Source: Eledone cirrhosa
Taxonomy: Eukaryota
Assembly: GCA_964016885.1 (NCBI GenBank)
Contig: OZ024764.1
Coordinates: forward strand, 3,968,001-4,032,000
DNA: 64,000 bases
Direction of reading: 5' to 3'
The notes beneath the pieces were generated by a model that was not told the origin of the DNA, searched no databases, and saw only the letters and a program-made list of their open reading frames with translations. This document shows positions 47,327 through 59,708 of this stretch, in pieces. Position 1 is the stretch's first letter, and each line of letters opens with the position of its first letter. The translations under genes and the position numbers were made by a program.

Positions 47327-47527
47327 ATATATATATGTATGTATATATATATATGTATGTATATATATATATGTATGTATATATATATATGTATATATGT
47401 ATGTATATATATATATGTATATATATATATGTATATATATATGTATGTATATATGTATATATGTATGTATATATATATATGTATATATATATGTATATAT
47501 ATATGTATATATATATATATATGTATG

Positions 47528-47587
<60 letters not shown>

Positions 47588-47675
47588 TATGTATATATAT
47601 ATGTATATATATATATATATATGTATGTATATATATATATGTATGTATGTATGTATATATATATATGTATATATA
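46045..47675. repeat. (TA)n/(TATG)n microsatellite between two convergent LINEs, beginning with a ~50-bp antisense family C tail (46045-46093)
   Basis: CATCATCAACGTTTAACGTCCGTGTTCCACGCTTGCATGG is essentially the reverse complement of the family C 3' end (40720-40768). Confidence 0.9.
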
Positions 47676-47701
47676 TCATCATCATCATCATCATCATCAT
47701 T

Positions 47702-50700
47702 TTACGTCCGCTTTTCCCTGCTTGCAAGGCTGGAACAGGTCTTATTCAGCACAGCATCTCTCCACTCGTCACGGTCCCTCGTCATCTCCACCGTGAGCCT
47801 CAATGATCTGAGGTCTGCTCTCACCACCTCCGCCCATGTTTTTCGTGGTCTACCTCTACCACGTCTTCTTTCAACTGGCATTTCCTGGCACTTCTTCACC
47901 CATCGGTCATCCTCCATGCGCATCACATGTCCATACCACCTCAGTCTCCTCTCCCGTACACCACATTCTATCCCTCTCAGACACAGATTCTCTCTCAACA
48001 CATTTATGCTGGGTCGTTCACGCACATTTACACTGCCCATCCAACGGAGCATGCTTGCCTCATTTCTCTCCAGCCATCGCATATCCTCTGCGGTTGCTGC
48101 CCATGTCTCACTACCATGCAGCATCGCGCTCCTCACACAGGCATCATACAACCGGCCTTTCGTACGCAGGGAGAAACCCTTCTTCGTCAACAGAGGAAGC
48201 AACTCCCTAAACTTCTTCCAACCCGTCCTTATTCTAGATACTATGGCCTCGGAACACCCTCCTCCCATGCTAATCTGATCTCCTAGGTACCGGAAGCTAT
48301 CTACCACTTCTATAGCGCCCTCTCGCATTTGAAAAATGTATCTATCAGTGCGACTTCTACTGTCTAATTTCCCTGTACATCTACTGCATACATATTTCTC
48401 CCTACCTGTTAGTTTGCCTGCTATCCCGCTACATCTCTTGTGTACCCAGGATCTGCATCGTGTGCATTTTATAGAATTTATGCCAGTTCCTTTTCTGCAT
48501 ATCGAACATGGCCATTTCCCTGACAGAATCAGGGTTTTGTCCTCTTTTCTACTCATCAACACTTTTGTCTTAGCTAGATTTACTGTCAGTCCTCTTGCTT
48601 CCAACTGCTGTTTCCATAGCCGGAATTTATTCTTTAGCTCCTCTACTGATTCTGCTATAAGAGCCAGATCGTCAGCATAGAGAAGTTCCCATGGACAGCC
48701 AGTCTTAAACTCCTCTGTTATGGCTTGGAGGACTATAATGAACAAGAGCGGGCTGAGGACCGAACCCTGATGTACTCCTACTTGTATCTGGAATTCCTCA
48801 CTAAACTCCATTCCTACCCTGACTTTACTGAGAGTACCTCTGTACAAAGTTTGCACTCTCCTCACAAGCCATTCCTCAACACCTAGCTTCCTTAGGGACC
48901 ACCAGCTGACAGATCGGGGTACCCTATGAAAGGCCTTCTCTAGGTCAACAAAGGCTAAGTATAGTGGCTTATTCTTCTCTAAGAACCTCTCTTGCATTTG
49001 TCTCACCAAGAAGAGGGCATCTGTTGTACTCTTCCCAGGCACAAAACCAAACTGCATCTCATCTAGTTTGACCCTTTCTCTAATTAGTTGTGCTAAAATC
49101 CTTTCTGCCACTTTCATAACCTGATCTATCAGTTTTATACCCCTATAATTGCTCCTCTCCAAAGCATCCCCTTTACCTTTGTAGCAATTTATGAGAATAC
49201 TGCTGCACCAGTCTTTGGGTATGACACCACCATATATAGCCTGATTGATGATGCGTGCAACCAGTTTAGTGCCTACGTCCCCTGATGCCTTCAGCATCTC
49301 AGCAACTATTCCCGATGGTCCGGCCGCCTTACCATTTTTCATTTCCCTAATCGCCTCTTGGACCCTATATTCGTCAATCTCAATAGCTGGTCCCTCTGTC
49401 GGATCTACCAAGGGTAATTTCTCTCTCTCCCATTCGTTCTCCACATTCATCAGTCTCTCATAATAACATTTCCAGGCCTCCTTTTTCTGGTCATTCGTGA
49501 CACTAAGTACACCGGCATCATCCCGGACACATTTATCTCCAACAACATCCTGATTTGCATTGACACACTGCCTTGCAATGTGGAACACCGCACGCCTCTG
49601 ATCTTCCCGTCGCAGAACATTGGCAAACCACCTACTCTCTGCCTCCCTGCGTGCTAAGTACACCTGACGTCTAGCTTCTCTCTTAGTGGCTGTATATTCT
49701 TTCCTACTCCCACCCTTTTTCCAAGCCTTCCATGCTAGTCTTTTGTCTCTAATAGCCTTATCTACTGTGCTGTTCCACCACCAGGTCACTCTCTGTCTGG
49801 TTGGAGCTCTGCTCCAGCCACATGTTTCATCAGTAGCCTGCAGCAAGTTGTCACGTAAGAACTTCCAGTTATTATCTATGTCATACGTCTCTAAATCGTC
49901 TTTTTCGTCATATACATCTTGAAGGGCTTTCCTAAATTTGTATTTTAGTGAAAGGTCTTTTAGCTTCCAGACCTTTCTTCTCCACACCTTCCTATATGTC
50001 TCATTCCATCTCTTGCTTACTGAGATATCACTAACAACTAACCTATGCTGTGGGGTACATTCTTCCCCAGGGTATGCCTTGGTATTAGACACTATCTGCC
50101 TGTCCCGCTGCCTAACTAGCAGGAAGTCAATCTGGCTTATGTGCTCACCAGATTTGTAGGTTATTAGGTGATTGGCAGGTTTCTGGAAGTTTGTGTTGCA
50201 AATAGTCAATGTACTTGCAGCACAAAATTCAAGAAGTCTCACTCCTTCATTTCTTGAACCATAACCGTGCCCACCATGTACCCCAGTGTAACCATCCTGG
50301 AGCTGTCCAACATGACCATTGAAGTCTCCTGCTAGCATAACGATGTCTCCGTCCTCTGTCATTGTGGTTGTTTGCAAAAGTTGCTCATAAAAGCAGTCTT
50401 TCTCATCTTTGCCTAGGCCTGCTTGGGGAGCATAGACCGAGATGATTGTCAGTAGTCTCCTACCTACAACTAATCTAAGCTTAATTATTCGATTACTAAC
50501 TCGAACTACCTCTATTGTCTTATTGATCCATTTCTCAGCCAGGAAAATGCTTACTCCCCCTAACCCATCATCCTTACCTACCCAGAATAGCTTATAGCTA
50601 AGACGCTTGCCTACGACTAGTCTCGCAGAGGCACCTCTCCATCTCACCTCTTGCACGCAGCACACATCCACCTGCCTTCTCTCCAGCATCTCCGCTATTT

Positions 50701-50812
50701 CAGCAGATCTACCTCTGAGAGTGCCAACATTAAGTGTTGCAACTCTGAGATGCGACGTCTTCATATTTTTTTCTATGCTGTTTTGTTGCTGTGCTGATAA
50801 GCTTTTTGGCAT
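47702..50812 (-). CDS. Intact RTE-clade LINE ORF (family A): APE endonuclease and RT with embedded PHD-type finger, 1036 aa; element spans ~47676-50955
   Basis: [34 protein letters not shown]; DLEKAFH (D>H variant), QGSVLSP, YADD. The stop codon directly precedes the (GAT)n tail. Confidence 0.96.
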   Translation of the reverse strand: MPKSLSAQQQNSIEKNMKTSHLRVATLNVGTLRGRSAEIAEMLERRQVDVCCVQEVRWRGASARLVVGKRLSYKLFWVGKDDGLGGVSIFLAEKWINKTIEVVRVSNRIIKLRLVVGRRLLTIISVYAPQAGLGKDEKDCFYEQLLQTTTMTEDGDIVMLAGDFNGHVGQLQDGYTGVHGGHGYGSRNEGVRLLEFCAASTLTICNTNFQKPANHLITYKSGEHISQIDFLLVRQRDRQIVSNTKAYPGEECTPQHRLVVSDISVSKRWNETYRKVWRRKVWKLKDLSLKYKFRKALQDVYDEKDDLETYDIDNNWKFLRDNLLQATDETCGWSRAPTRQRVTWWWNSTVDKAIRDKRLAWKAWKKGGSRKEYTATKREARRQVYLARREAESRWFANVLRREDQRRAVFHIARQCVNANQDVVGDKCVRDDAGVLSVTNDQKKEAWKCYYERLMNVENEWEREKLPLVDPTEGPAIEIDEYRVQEAIREMKNGKAAGPSGIVAEMLKASGDVGTKLVARIINQAIYGGVIPKDWCSSILINCYKGKGDALERSNYRGIKLIDQVMKVAERILAQLIRERVKLDEMQFGFVPGKSTTDALFLVRQMQERFLEKNKPLYLAFVDLEKAFHRVPRSVSWWSLRKLGVEEWLVRRVQTLYRGTLSKVRVGMEFSEEFQIQVGVHQGSVLSPLLFIIVLQAITEEFKTGCPWELLYADDLALIAESVEELKNKFRLWKQQLEARGLTVNLAKTKVLMSRKEDKTLILSGKWPCSICRKGTGINSIKCTRCRSWVHKRCSGIAGKLTGREKYVCSRCTGKLDSRSRTDRYIFQMREGAIEVVDSFRYLGDQISMGGGCSEAIVSRIRTGWKKFRELLPLLTKKGFSLRTKGRLYDACVRSAMLHGSETWAATAEDMRWLERNEASMLRWMGSVNVRERPSINVLRENLCLRGIECGVRERRLRWYGHVMRMEDDRWVKKCQEMPVERRRGRGRPRKTWAEVVRADLRSLRLTVEMTRDRDEWRDAVLNKTCSSLASREKRT

Positions 50813-50996
50813 TGATACACTGGTTGGATGCCCTTCCTAACACCAGCGCCACTTTACAGCATGGACTGGGTGCTTTTATTTGTGCCACCAGCACTAGAGA
50901 GGATGTCTTACTAGACTCAAGGGCCCTCTCTACCCCTCCATTTTACAGCATGGTCATTAAAAAAAAAAAAAAAAAAAAAAACTTATTGACACGACG

Positions 50997-51066
50997 CACA
51001 CACCAACACTCACACACCAACACTCACACACCAACACTCACACACCAACACTCACACACCAACACT
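50997..51066. repeat. 14-bp tandem repeat CACCAACACTCACA x ~5
   Basis: Directly visible. Confidence 0.9.
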
Positions 51067-51378
51067 CATCATCATCATCATCATCATTACTTATTATACT
51101 ACCTTCAACTAACACTGCTGGTCCCTCTATTGGATCGATCTGGGGGAGACTGTCTTTCTCCCATTTGTTCTCCTCATTTAGAAGCCTTTCGTAGTGACAC
51201 TTCCAAGCTACCTTCTTATCAGCGTCGGTGATGGCAAGTATGCCATCATCGTTAAGTACACACTTCTCCCCGACAATATCACGGTTTTCCTTGACACATT
51301 GCCTGGTAATCCTGAACACCTCACGTTTTTGGTCCTCACGTTGTAGAACATGCTTGAACTTTCTTTCCTCTGCTTCCA
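51067..51378 (-). mobile_element. Internal fragment of a family C-like RTE (EN-RT linker) ending in a (GAT)n run
   Basis: [46 protein letters not shown] matches the start of the 38699 copy. Confidence 0.85.
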
Positions 51379-51409
51379 TATGTATGTATATATATATATA
51401 TATATATAT

Positions 51410-51443
<34 letters not shown>

Positions 51444-53935
51444 CCGTTTTACGTCCGTTCTTCCACGCTAGCATGGGTTAGACGGGTTGTCCTGTTGTGG
51501 GCAGTGTCTGGTCGGCTGACCATGCCTTGCTCATACAGGAACTGATCTGGCTTGATTTCTACAGCTGGATGCCCTTCCTAACACCAACCTCATTTACAGT
51601 GAGTGCTGGGTGCTTTTTCGTGGCGCCTACACGTCCACTTTACAGTGTGGGCTGGGTGCTTTTTTGCCGTGGCACCTCCATGACCACTTTGCGGTGGGGG
51701 GGGGGGGGGGCATATTGTTTATATGCTTCAGCATGTACCCATGGGAGGTCGGGTACTCTGTATTACTGCGTGACGCCACTCCGCGGTTTCCACCAACTTC
51801 TAGTGCTCTGCACCTTTTTATGCAGCTGTCATCCTTCATACGCATCACATGTCCATACCAGCGCAACCGCCTCTCCTGCACACAGCATTTGATTCCTCTT
51901 ATGCTCAGTCTCTCTCTCAATTCATTTATGCTTTGTCGTTCACGTATATTACTGTTACACATCCATCGGAGCATGCAGGCTTCGTTTCTCTCTAATCTAC
52001 GTAAGTCTTCCACCTTCAGCGCCCAGGTCTCACTACCATGCAACATCGCCGTTCGGATACACGCATCATACAGTCTGCCTTTCATTCTGAGGGAGAAGCC
52101 TTTTGCAGCTAGCAGTGGTAGTAGTTCCCTAAACTTCTTCCATCTCGTTCTTACCCTAGTTATTGTACTTTCTGAACACCCACCTCCGTTGCTAATTCGG
52201 TCACCTAGGTAGCAGAAGCTGTCTACTGTTTCTACAGGGCCCTCCCAGAGATTGGTGGTACTTGTTTCCTATGGCTGTTTGCTACTTGCTGTTTCAGCAC
52301 TGCTGCTGCATGTGAATCCTACATTCTTAATTAAGCTTCCTGAGATCCCGCTACATCTCTTGTGTACCCATTGTTTGCATTTGGGGCAGAGAATGGAGTT
52401 CCTACCTACACCTTTCCTACATACTGAGCAAGGCCATTTCCCTGAGGGGATCTGGGTTCTGTTTTCTCGTCTACTTACAAGGACCTTAGTCTTTGTCATG
52501 TTGACTTTGAGACCCTTTCTCTCTAGTCCCTGCTTCCATGTTTGGAATTTATTCTCTAGTTCTATCATAGATTCAGCTATGAGTGCGAGGTCATCAGCAT
52601 ACAGGAGTTCCCATGGGCATCCGGTCTTAAATTCCTCCGTTATTGCCTGCAGGACTATGATGAACAGGAGAGGGCTAAGAACAGAGCCCTGGTGGACCCC
52701 AACCTGTACGCTAAATTCCTCGCTATACTCATTGCTAATCCTAACTTTGCTGACTGCTCCCCTATACATGGCTTGTACCGCTTTCACAAGCCATTCATCT
52801 ACTCCTAGTTTTCTAAGAGCCCACCAGATTACAGCACGTGGAACTCTGTCAAAGGCTTTCTCAAGGTCGACAAATGCCAAGTAGAGTGGCTTACTTTTAG
52901 CTAGGTACTTTTCCTGTAATTGCCTCACAAGGAAGAGGGCATCAGTGGTGCCTCTTCCTGGTACAAACCCAAATTGCATCTCGTCTATATTCACCCGGTC
53001 CCTAATCAGCTGTGCTATAACTCTTTCTGTTACTTTCATGACCTGGTCCATCAACTTTATACCTCTATAGTTTCCTCTATCTAGTGCATCGCCTTTGCCT
53101 TTGTAGCAGTTGACAATGATGCTACTGCACCAATCTTTTGGTATGGCCCCTTCTAGTATTACCTGGTTAACAATACGTGTGGTTATAGTGTGACCTACAG
53201 ACCCAGATGCCTTCAGCATCTCGGCAGCTATACCGATGGACCGGTTGCCTTCCCCATCTTCATATCTCTGATTGCCTTACTTACTATGCTGCCGCTGACT
53301 TGTACTGCTGGTCCCTCTATAGGGTCTACTTGGGGTAGGGTCTCTTCTTACCATGCATTCTCCTCATTTAGTAATCTATCATAATGACTCTTCCATGCAT
53401 CTTTCTTCTCAGCACTTGTGAGGGCAAGCTCACCTTTATCATTCCGGATACACTTCTCTCCAATGACATCACAACTATCTCTGACACACTGCCTCGCAAT
53501 CTTGAATACCTCCTGTTTCTGGGCCTCACGTTGTAAAACATGCTTGAATTTTCTATCCTCTGCTTCTCTCCTAGCTAAGTATACTTGTCGCCGAGCTTCC
53601 CTCTTGGTCTCTATGTAATGTACCCTGCTCCCCCCGTTCTTCCATTCTTTCCATGCCTGTCTCTTGGCCTTGACTGCTTCATCTACCTTATTGTTCCACC
53701 ACCAAGTCACTCTCCTCCTGCTTGAGGTCTTACTCCAGCCACAGACCTCGTCCGTCGCCTCTAGTAAATTATTTTTTTTAGGAACTCCCAGTTCTCTTCT
53801 ACATTAAATGTCTCTATCTGTTCTTCTTTACTGTCGTAGGCGTTGAGTAAAATATCTTTAAATCTGTTACTGTTTCAGCTTCCAGATCTTTCTTCTCCAG
53901 GTTGGCCTCTGTTTCAGGGCTCGTCTAGTTCTGAC

Positions 53936-53940
<5 letters not shown>
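51410..53940 (-). mobile_element. 5'-truncated, decayed RTE LINE family B (stops, frameshifts, internal deletion near 51780)
   Basis: ORF pieces 53348-53710, 52269-53219 and 51627-52085 are near-identical to 42617-45736. (CAT)n tail at 51410-51443; both ends in (TA)n. Confidence 0.95.
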
Positions 53941-54010
<70 letters not shown>

Positions 54011-54011
54011 T

Positions 54012-54290
54012 ATATATTTCTTTATTTGCCACAAGGGCACAAAAGATGGGGACAAATACAATTGGGGAGTTTACATACATGGCATGTAAAAATGTATAAC
54101 AAAAATGATCAATAAAACAAACGAAATCCCCCAATAGGGAGTAGGCGTTACAAATGGGGTGCACACAGCCCCGAAAAAAAATGTACAACCCTCATATCCA
54201 GGAGCACGAAGAGCGAGCACTCCTCTCCACTCTTCCTCCTCTTCCTCGACCTACAGGTTTATATAGAGAGAAGGCCCAACCACTCGGGCC
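54012..54290 (-). mobile_element. 3' UTR remnant of an L1/Tx1-like LINE
   Basis: Minus-strand end TTGTCCCCATCTTTTGTGCCCTTGTGGCAAATAAAGAAAT resembles the 3' end at 62200-63850. Confidence 0.5.
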
Positions 54291-54299
54291 ATATATATA

Positions 54300-55578
54300 C
54301 AGGGTGCAGACGATATTTGTTCGCAAGATTACTGTCTAGGAAAAAATAAGACAGTAGTTTTATTTTTTAAGATATATTTATCAAACTTGGGTCAGTTTGT
54401 CTTCATGACTTGTTCTTTCGATCTCACTCGATAAACCCGCCATTGGCTTTGATGACGGCCTCGGAACTGGCTACAGGCCTTTGTCACTGTCCCCCGACAT
54501 AGGCCCCTAAAGGCACTTGTGATCCTGGCCTTCAGATCATCTTTCATATTGCAGCTAGATCTGTTGGTGTCTCGTTCCACTGCGCCCCACACAAAGAAGT
54601 CGAGGGGGTTGCAGTCAGGCGAGCTGGGAGGCCAGATGTCAGGTGAAGTGTGGCCGATGAAGTTCTCTGACAGCCAGGCTTGGGTCTTTCAGCTGGTATG
54701 GCAGGGCGCTGAGTCTTGCTCCCACACGTACGGCCTACCTGCAGCTACCTGGTCGATCTAGGGCTTTACTACCTCGCTCAGAATGCGGATGTAGCCATCG
54801 GTGTTCAGCTTGAGGCCCTCGGGGAAGAAGTGAGGTGGCATGACGTCACCTTGACTGCTGACGACACCTGAGACCAATGTTGTCGCTGGAAACTTTGTCT
54901 GCATGACTCTGGGCATGTCTTTGGATGGGACAGCGAGCCACCTGTTGTTCTGGGAGTTGATCTTCTGGTCTTGGCAGAAGTTTTTCTCGTCGGAGAAAAA
55001 CCACAGCATGTCAGGCTCCAGTCGGTGTTTCAACTTGTTGATCAGCTTCAGTCACTTTTCTTGCATCACCTTTGACAGAAATTGTCCTTTCCTCATCTTG
55101 TATGAAACACAGCGAATCTCTTCATGTACCAGCCTAATGAGCTTTTCATCCACGCCTTTCTCCCTTGCAATGGCACGCATCGTCTTGCTAGGTTCATTGT
55201 TGATGATATTCTGAACTTCAGCGACGAACTCGGGCGTTCTGAAGGCGTCAGATCGTTGATCATGTGTTTTCCTCTCTGATGTTGCTTCGTAGTCGAATCC
55301 TGAATCTTCCAATTCCTTTCTGACCTTTTCCACCATTCTCCTGCTGACCCTGAGAAAGTCTGAAATTTCCTTATTTGTCCTCCCGGCGCAGATTCCAAGA
55401 AGAACTCTGTCTCTTCCACAAATTTGGAGGTTCAAAATTATTCATAATCAATTATTCTGAAAATAAATAATGGAAATATAGTCACTGTTTTTATGAAGAC
55501 AAGAGTGACAACGGAAGTAAAAAAAATTTGCATAAAATTAGCAGTTGAAAATTGCGAACAAATATCGTCCACACCCTG
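54300..55578 (-). mobile_element. Full-length but inactivated Tc1/mariner DNA transposon, DD37D (maT-type), 27-bp TIRs, TA target-site duplication
   Basis: TIR CAGGGTG(CA/TG)GACGATATTTGTTCGCAA at both ends with flanking TA. Transposase has WFFSDEKNF, QDSAPCH..WPPSSPDCNPLD (37 residues between D2 and D3). In-frame stops near 55052, 54758 and 54690. Confidence 0.93.
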
Positions 55579-55589
55579 TATACATAAAG

Positions 55590-55860
55590 TCTTTGATATG
55601 AATTCTTGTGTTGAAACAAATGTCATAATATTTGGGGAGGGTTATATTGTTGTAATAATATTGGCAGAAATAACAACGGAACACTCAGTTTGGTTGGTTT
55701 TTTTCTTCTCTATCTTTTATAGCTCCATAGTTAATTTATCTGGCAATCAATGTTTATCATTGATTGATCAACAGTTAAAAATACACATATAAATATATAT
55801 ATATATAGTTTATCAAAGTTCTTTCATCACACACCTGTGACATCATCAGTGATACTATTT
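55590..55860 (-). mobile_element. Diverged Penelope family 2-like pseudo-LTR remnant with hammerhead at 55811-55854
   Basis: Minus strand reads TATCA-CTGATGA-TGTCAC-AGGTGT-GTGAT-GAAA-GAAC-TT-TGATA. The flank resembles 15180-15345. Confidence 0.7.
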
Positions 55861-55940
55861 TTTCTCCTGCTGTATTGTAATATTATATATATATACATAT
55901 ATTTATATGATATTTATTAATTTTTTTCTCTCCTTCGCAG

Positions 55941-56602
55941 ACTCTGGCAAAAGTGCATCAACCATGGGACGGAATAATCTGGACTCTGGGGACAAAAAGA
56001 CGGTCAAGAAGCCCAGCGGCAACGAATCGGGGCCGGGAGACAGTGACGACGAGAACCGTGTCAACATAATTTCGCGGAGAAAGAGGAAAACCCACGGCTC
56101 AGCAAAGAGGAGGGACAAACGCAGTTCATCGGAGGATTGTGAGGTACCGACAGATGGGGCTGCTGCTTCTGTGCCTGAGAACAAGGGCAGTGCCCGAGCA
56201 ACGCCAGAAAAGAAGGTAGCCGTTTCCTTGAAGAATTTGAAGAACAGCCAACAAAAACAGCCGAAGAAGAAAGTCGAGGAGGAGGTGGAGGTGGATGAGG
56301 AGGAGGAGGAGGAGAGTGTTGCCTCAAAGGGTACTAACGGGGATATTAGTAACGAGGAAGAAGACGCGGAGACGGTGGAGAAAGAAGAGAAAACAGCGGA
56401 AGAGCCAGAAAAGGTAGTAGAAACGACTCCCCTTGTGTTGAAGCGAGGTCGAGGTCGTCCTAAGAGTCACAAAAAAAACTTGGTGATTGTGAAACCAACC
56501 GGAGTGAAACGGGGTAGAGGCCGTCCCCCAAAATATCGCACCCCAGAAGAGCAAGAAGAACACCTGAAAATGATGAAGGCAAAAGCTATTGCTGCTGAAC
56601 AC

Positions 56603-56633
<31 letters not shown>

Positions 56634-56849
56634 TGGATGCGGCGTCAGTAAATGGCGACAAGAGAGCTCGGAATTTGCCGTTCCGGAAATCAAAGAGGAA
56701 GCATTTACCTCTGATAAACTTGGAAGACTTTGAAGACGACAGCGACGAGGAACCGGTCCGCAAGAAAAGAGTGTTGAAAAACAAAAGGTTTCCTCCTGGC
56801 CTAACAAAGTCCTGGAACACTCAGTCTTCGAAAAAACAGAGAGAAACAG
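55941..56849 (+). CDS. Large exon of a host gene: acidic/basic low-complexity nuclear protein with two AT-hooks; probable start ATG at 55964
   Basis: Polypyrimidine acceptor TTTTTCTCTCCTTCGCAG|, donor CAG|GTCAGT. AT-hooks KRGRGRPK and KRGRGRPPK, NLS-like RRKRK, poly-E and poly-D tracts, Kozak-like ACCATGG. Confidence 0.85.
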
Positions 56850-56885
56850 GTCAGTAAAATCTTGTTTTACTCAATTTTGTCCAAT

Positions 56886-57793
56886 ACACCTCTCCAAGAC
56901 AATGTCACTGGACCGAGACCTTTGGCGGTACTCAGTAATAGAGAAAACCCGCCTTACCTAAATACATAGTAAAACCTATTACAGTCAGTACGCATCTCTA
57001 ACAAAATACACCCCCGTCCCACCACCCCCACCCCATCCACACCGCCCCCCTCCTATGTAAAGTTATGTTGGTGCCGCGCCATCCAGGCCGAAACAAATGA
57101 GATCGTGTAGGTGTCACGACAAAAAACACACAGTCCACGCTGTAATGTGGCCGTGTAGGTAACACGGTAAAAACCTCCCAGCCCCACACTGTAAATGTGG
57201 TTGGTGTTAGGAAGGGCATCCAGCTGTAGAAAACCCACCACACAGTCCACGTTGTAATGTGGCCGTGTAGGTAACACGGTAAAAACCTCCCAGTCCCACA
57301 CTGTAAATGTGGTTGGTGTTAGGAAGGGCATCCAACTGTAGAAAACCCGCCACACAGTCCACGTTGTAATGTGGCCGTGTAGGTAACACGGTAAAAACCT
57401 CCCAGTCCCACACTGTAAATGTGGTTGGTGTTAGGAAGGGCATCCAGCTGTAGAAAACCCGCCACACAGTCCACGTTGTAATGTGGCCGTGTAGGTAACA
57501 CGGTAAAAACCTCCCAGCCCCACACTGTAAATGTGGTTGGTGTTAGGAAGAGCATCCAGCTGTAGAAAACCCGCCAGACAGTCCACGTTGTAATGTGGCC
57601 GTGTAGGTAACACGGTAAAAACCTCCCAGACCCACACTGTAAACGTGGTTGGTGTTAGGAAGGGCATCCAGCTGTAGAAAACCCGCCAGACAGTCCTATG
57701 CGAGCAAGACAACCACTCTTGCCTCAAGTGGGAAAACCCCCGTCCAAACCCATGCAAGCGTGGAACACAGACGTTAAACGTTGATGATGATGA
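56886..57793 (+). mobile_element. 3' end of RTE family C whose UTR contains ~5 tandem copies of a 112-bp unit
   Basis: Matches 40313-40768. The unit (57127-57690) period of 112 is visible in the offsets of ORFs 57207/57319/57431. Confidence 0.9.
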
Positions 57794-58179
57794 CCCCCAC
57801 CCTACTCCATTTGACCTACTCCTATTTTTTACGGTATTTGTCCCACCTTATTATTACATGTTCTGAGTTCAAATCCCTCCAAGGTCAACTTTGCCTTCCA
57901 TCCTTTCAAGGTCGTCGTTAAACAAAAGTACCAGTACTGGGGTCGATTCTTCCTCTATAGAAAAACCCTTGCTGTGTTCAGACCCCGTGAGGATTGGGCT
58001 CAGCTAGATTTAAAAGTGCCCATGCCTCTACGGCTCCACAAGGAGTTGGGGGATCTTTATCCCTTTTTATCTATTTATAAACGCACATTTTATAACACAA
58101 CAATGATGTCACATTTTGTGTATGTGTTTGTGTGTTTGTTATGTACGTTAGGCCTTAGTAAGTTACATACACACACATC

Positions 58180-58700
58180 TACACATGCCAGCCGAGTAGA
58201 GATCACAAAGGCTACCAGTGATGAACACCACCCCCTTCACGGACGTGAACCTCCCACCCAACAACTGAAGTCAAGGGGAAGCTTCCTCAGCCATGTCCAG
58301 CCCCTAACATCTCAGGAAGAAACCAGATTACAGCTAGAGAAAGCTGGAGAATGACTCCCCTCCTATTGACATGGGAATTTCCCCCCCCCCCCCCCTTTTT
58401 TTTTTCTGAAGCCCTCCCTCCTGGCTCAGAAAGAAGCACCATGGGTCCAGTGGAAGACACTCAACCGCCTGAGAACAGGAACGGGGCGATCAAAGGGTGC
58501 TATGGCCAGATGGCGCTACAAGACCGGCCCAACCATCTGTGAATGCGGAGAAGAGGACCATACGATGGAGCCCTACCTCGTTTGCCCTCTACTACCCAAC
58601 CGGTGCAGCTTAAAAGATCTCGCAGAATTTAATAATAATGCAAAGGACTGTGTAATGAAATGGGAAACTCATATAACCACATGCTTCGAAGATACAAAAA
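58180..58700 (+). mobile_element. Decayed C-terminal fragment of a non-LTR retrotransposon (Ingi/Vingi-like, CCHC-type terminus)
   Basis: HHPLHG..LKSRGSF; WKTLNRLRTGTGRS..MARW..CECGEEDHTMEPYLVC, read across frameshifts. Confidence 0.65.
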
Positions 58701-58806
58701 GATCTCCACATGCGATGACACAATGACTATTGTTTACCCTGAGGGACTTCGAGATTGACATTTTCGTTTCTAAATTCTATTATCATTACAATTTTGATAT
58801 ATCTTT

Positions 58807-59212
58807 CATCATCATCATCACCGTTTTACGTCCGTTCTTCCACGCTAGCATGGGTTAGACGGGTTGTCCTGTTGTGGGCAGTGTCTGGTCGGCTGACCAT
58901 GCCTTGCTCATACAGGAACTGATCTGGCTTGATTTCTACAGCTGGATGCCCTTCCTAACACCAACCTCATTTACAGTGAGTGCTGGGTGCTTTTTCGTGG
59001 CGCCTACACGTCCACTTTACAGTGTGGGCTGGGTGCTTTTTTGCCGTGGCACCTCCACGACCACCTTGCGGTGGGGGTGTGTGGGCACATATTGTCTGTA
59101 TGCTTCAGCTTGTACCCATGGGAGGTCGGGTACTCTGTATTACTGCGTGACGCCAGAGGTCACGGTCGTGTGTCGTTGCCTTTGAGAGGTGTAATTGGGT
59201 AAGGTCGGCTTT
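58807..59212 (-). mobile_element. 3' end of RTE LINE family B
   Basis: Reverse complement of ~45627-46039, with (CAT)n tail. Confidence 0.9.
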
Positions 59213-59214
59213 AT

Positions 59215-59663
59215 ATATATATAAAAGCGAGGATGTGTGTGTGTCTGTGTACAACTTTGTATACTTAAGGCTTTTACAATTACCAACTGAATTTGCACGT
59301 TGCAGAGGTCGCTAAGATTGTCACATCACAAACATTTTTCAAATCGACCCACGTTGAGCAATAAAAAAAATCGATATCAAAATTATCGGTAGCAAAATTG
59401 ATGTAAGGGAGATAACCAACTTTATTGACAAATATAAACATCAGATTCATTTGAAGATAAATCACTAATATTATCGTTTGTTTTTTGTTTATTCTTTGTT
59501 GCATTTCAAACCCCGGGCAACGCCGGGTAAATCTGCTAGTATTTTTATAAAATATAGATATTTTGAAATAATTATGAGAAGAAAAAAAATATCTTCATAT
59601 TTATTGTTTACTAATCTGAATAAGAACAGCAGTAACCCGGGAAATGCCGGGTCATTCAGCTAG
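59215..59663 (+). mobile_element. Non-autonomous Helitron-like element with two successive 3' ends
   Basis: GC hairpin CCCGGGCAACGCCGGG then CTAG|T at 59536-59540. Second hairpin CCCGGGAAATGCCGGG then CTAG|T at 59660-59664. 5' part TATATAAAAG..(TG)n. Confidence 0.7.
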
Positions 59664-59708
59664 TTTATATATATATTTAATATCTCCGTTTATTTCTATT
59701 TCCAACAG

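Noticed and set aside
43057-53618. Numerous antisense ORFs overlapping the RTE ORFs
   Set aside because: Shadow frames of the LINE coding sequence, recurring only because the copies are near-identical; no recognisable motifs.
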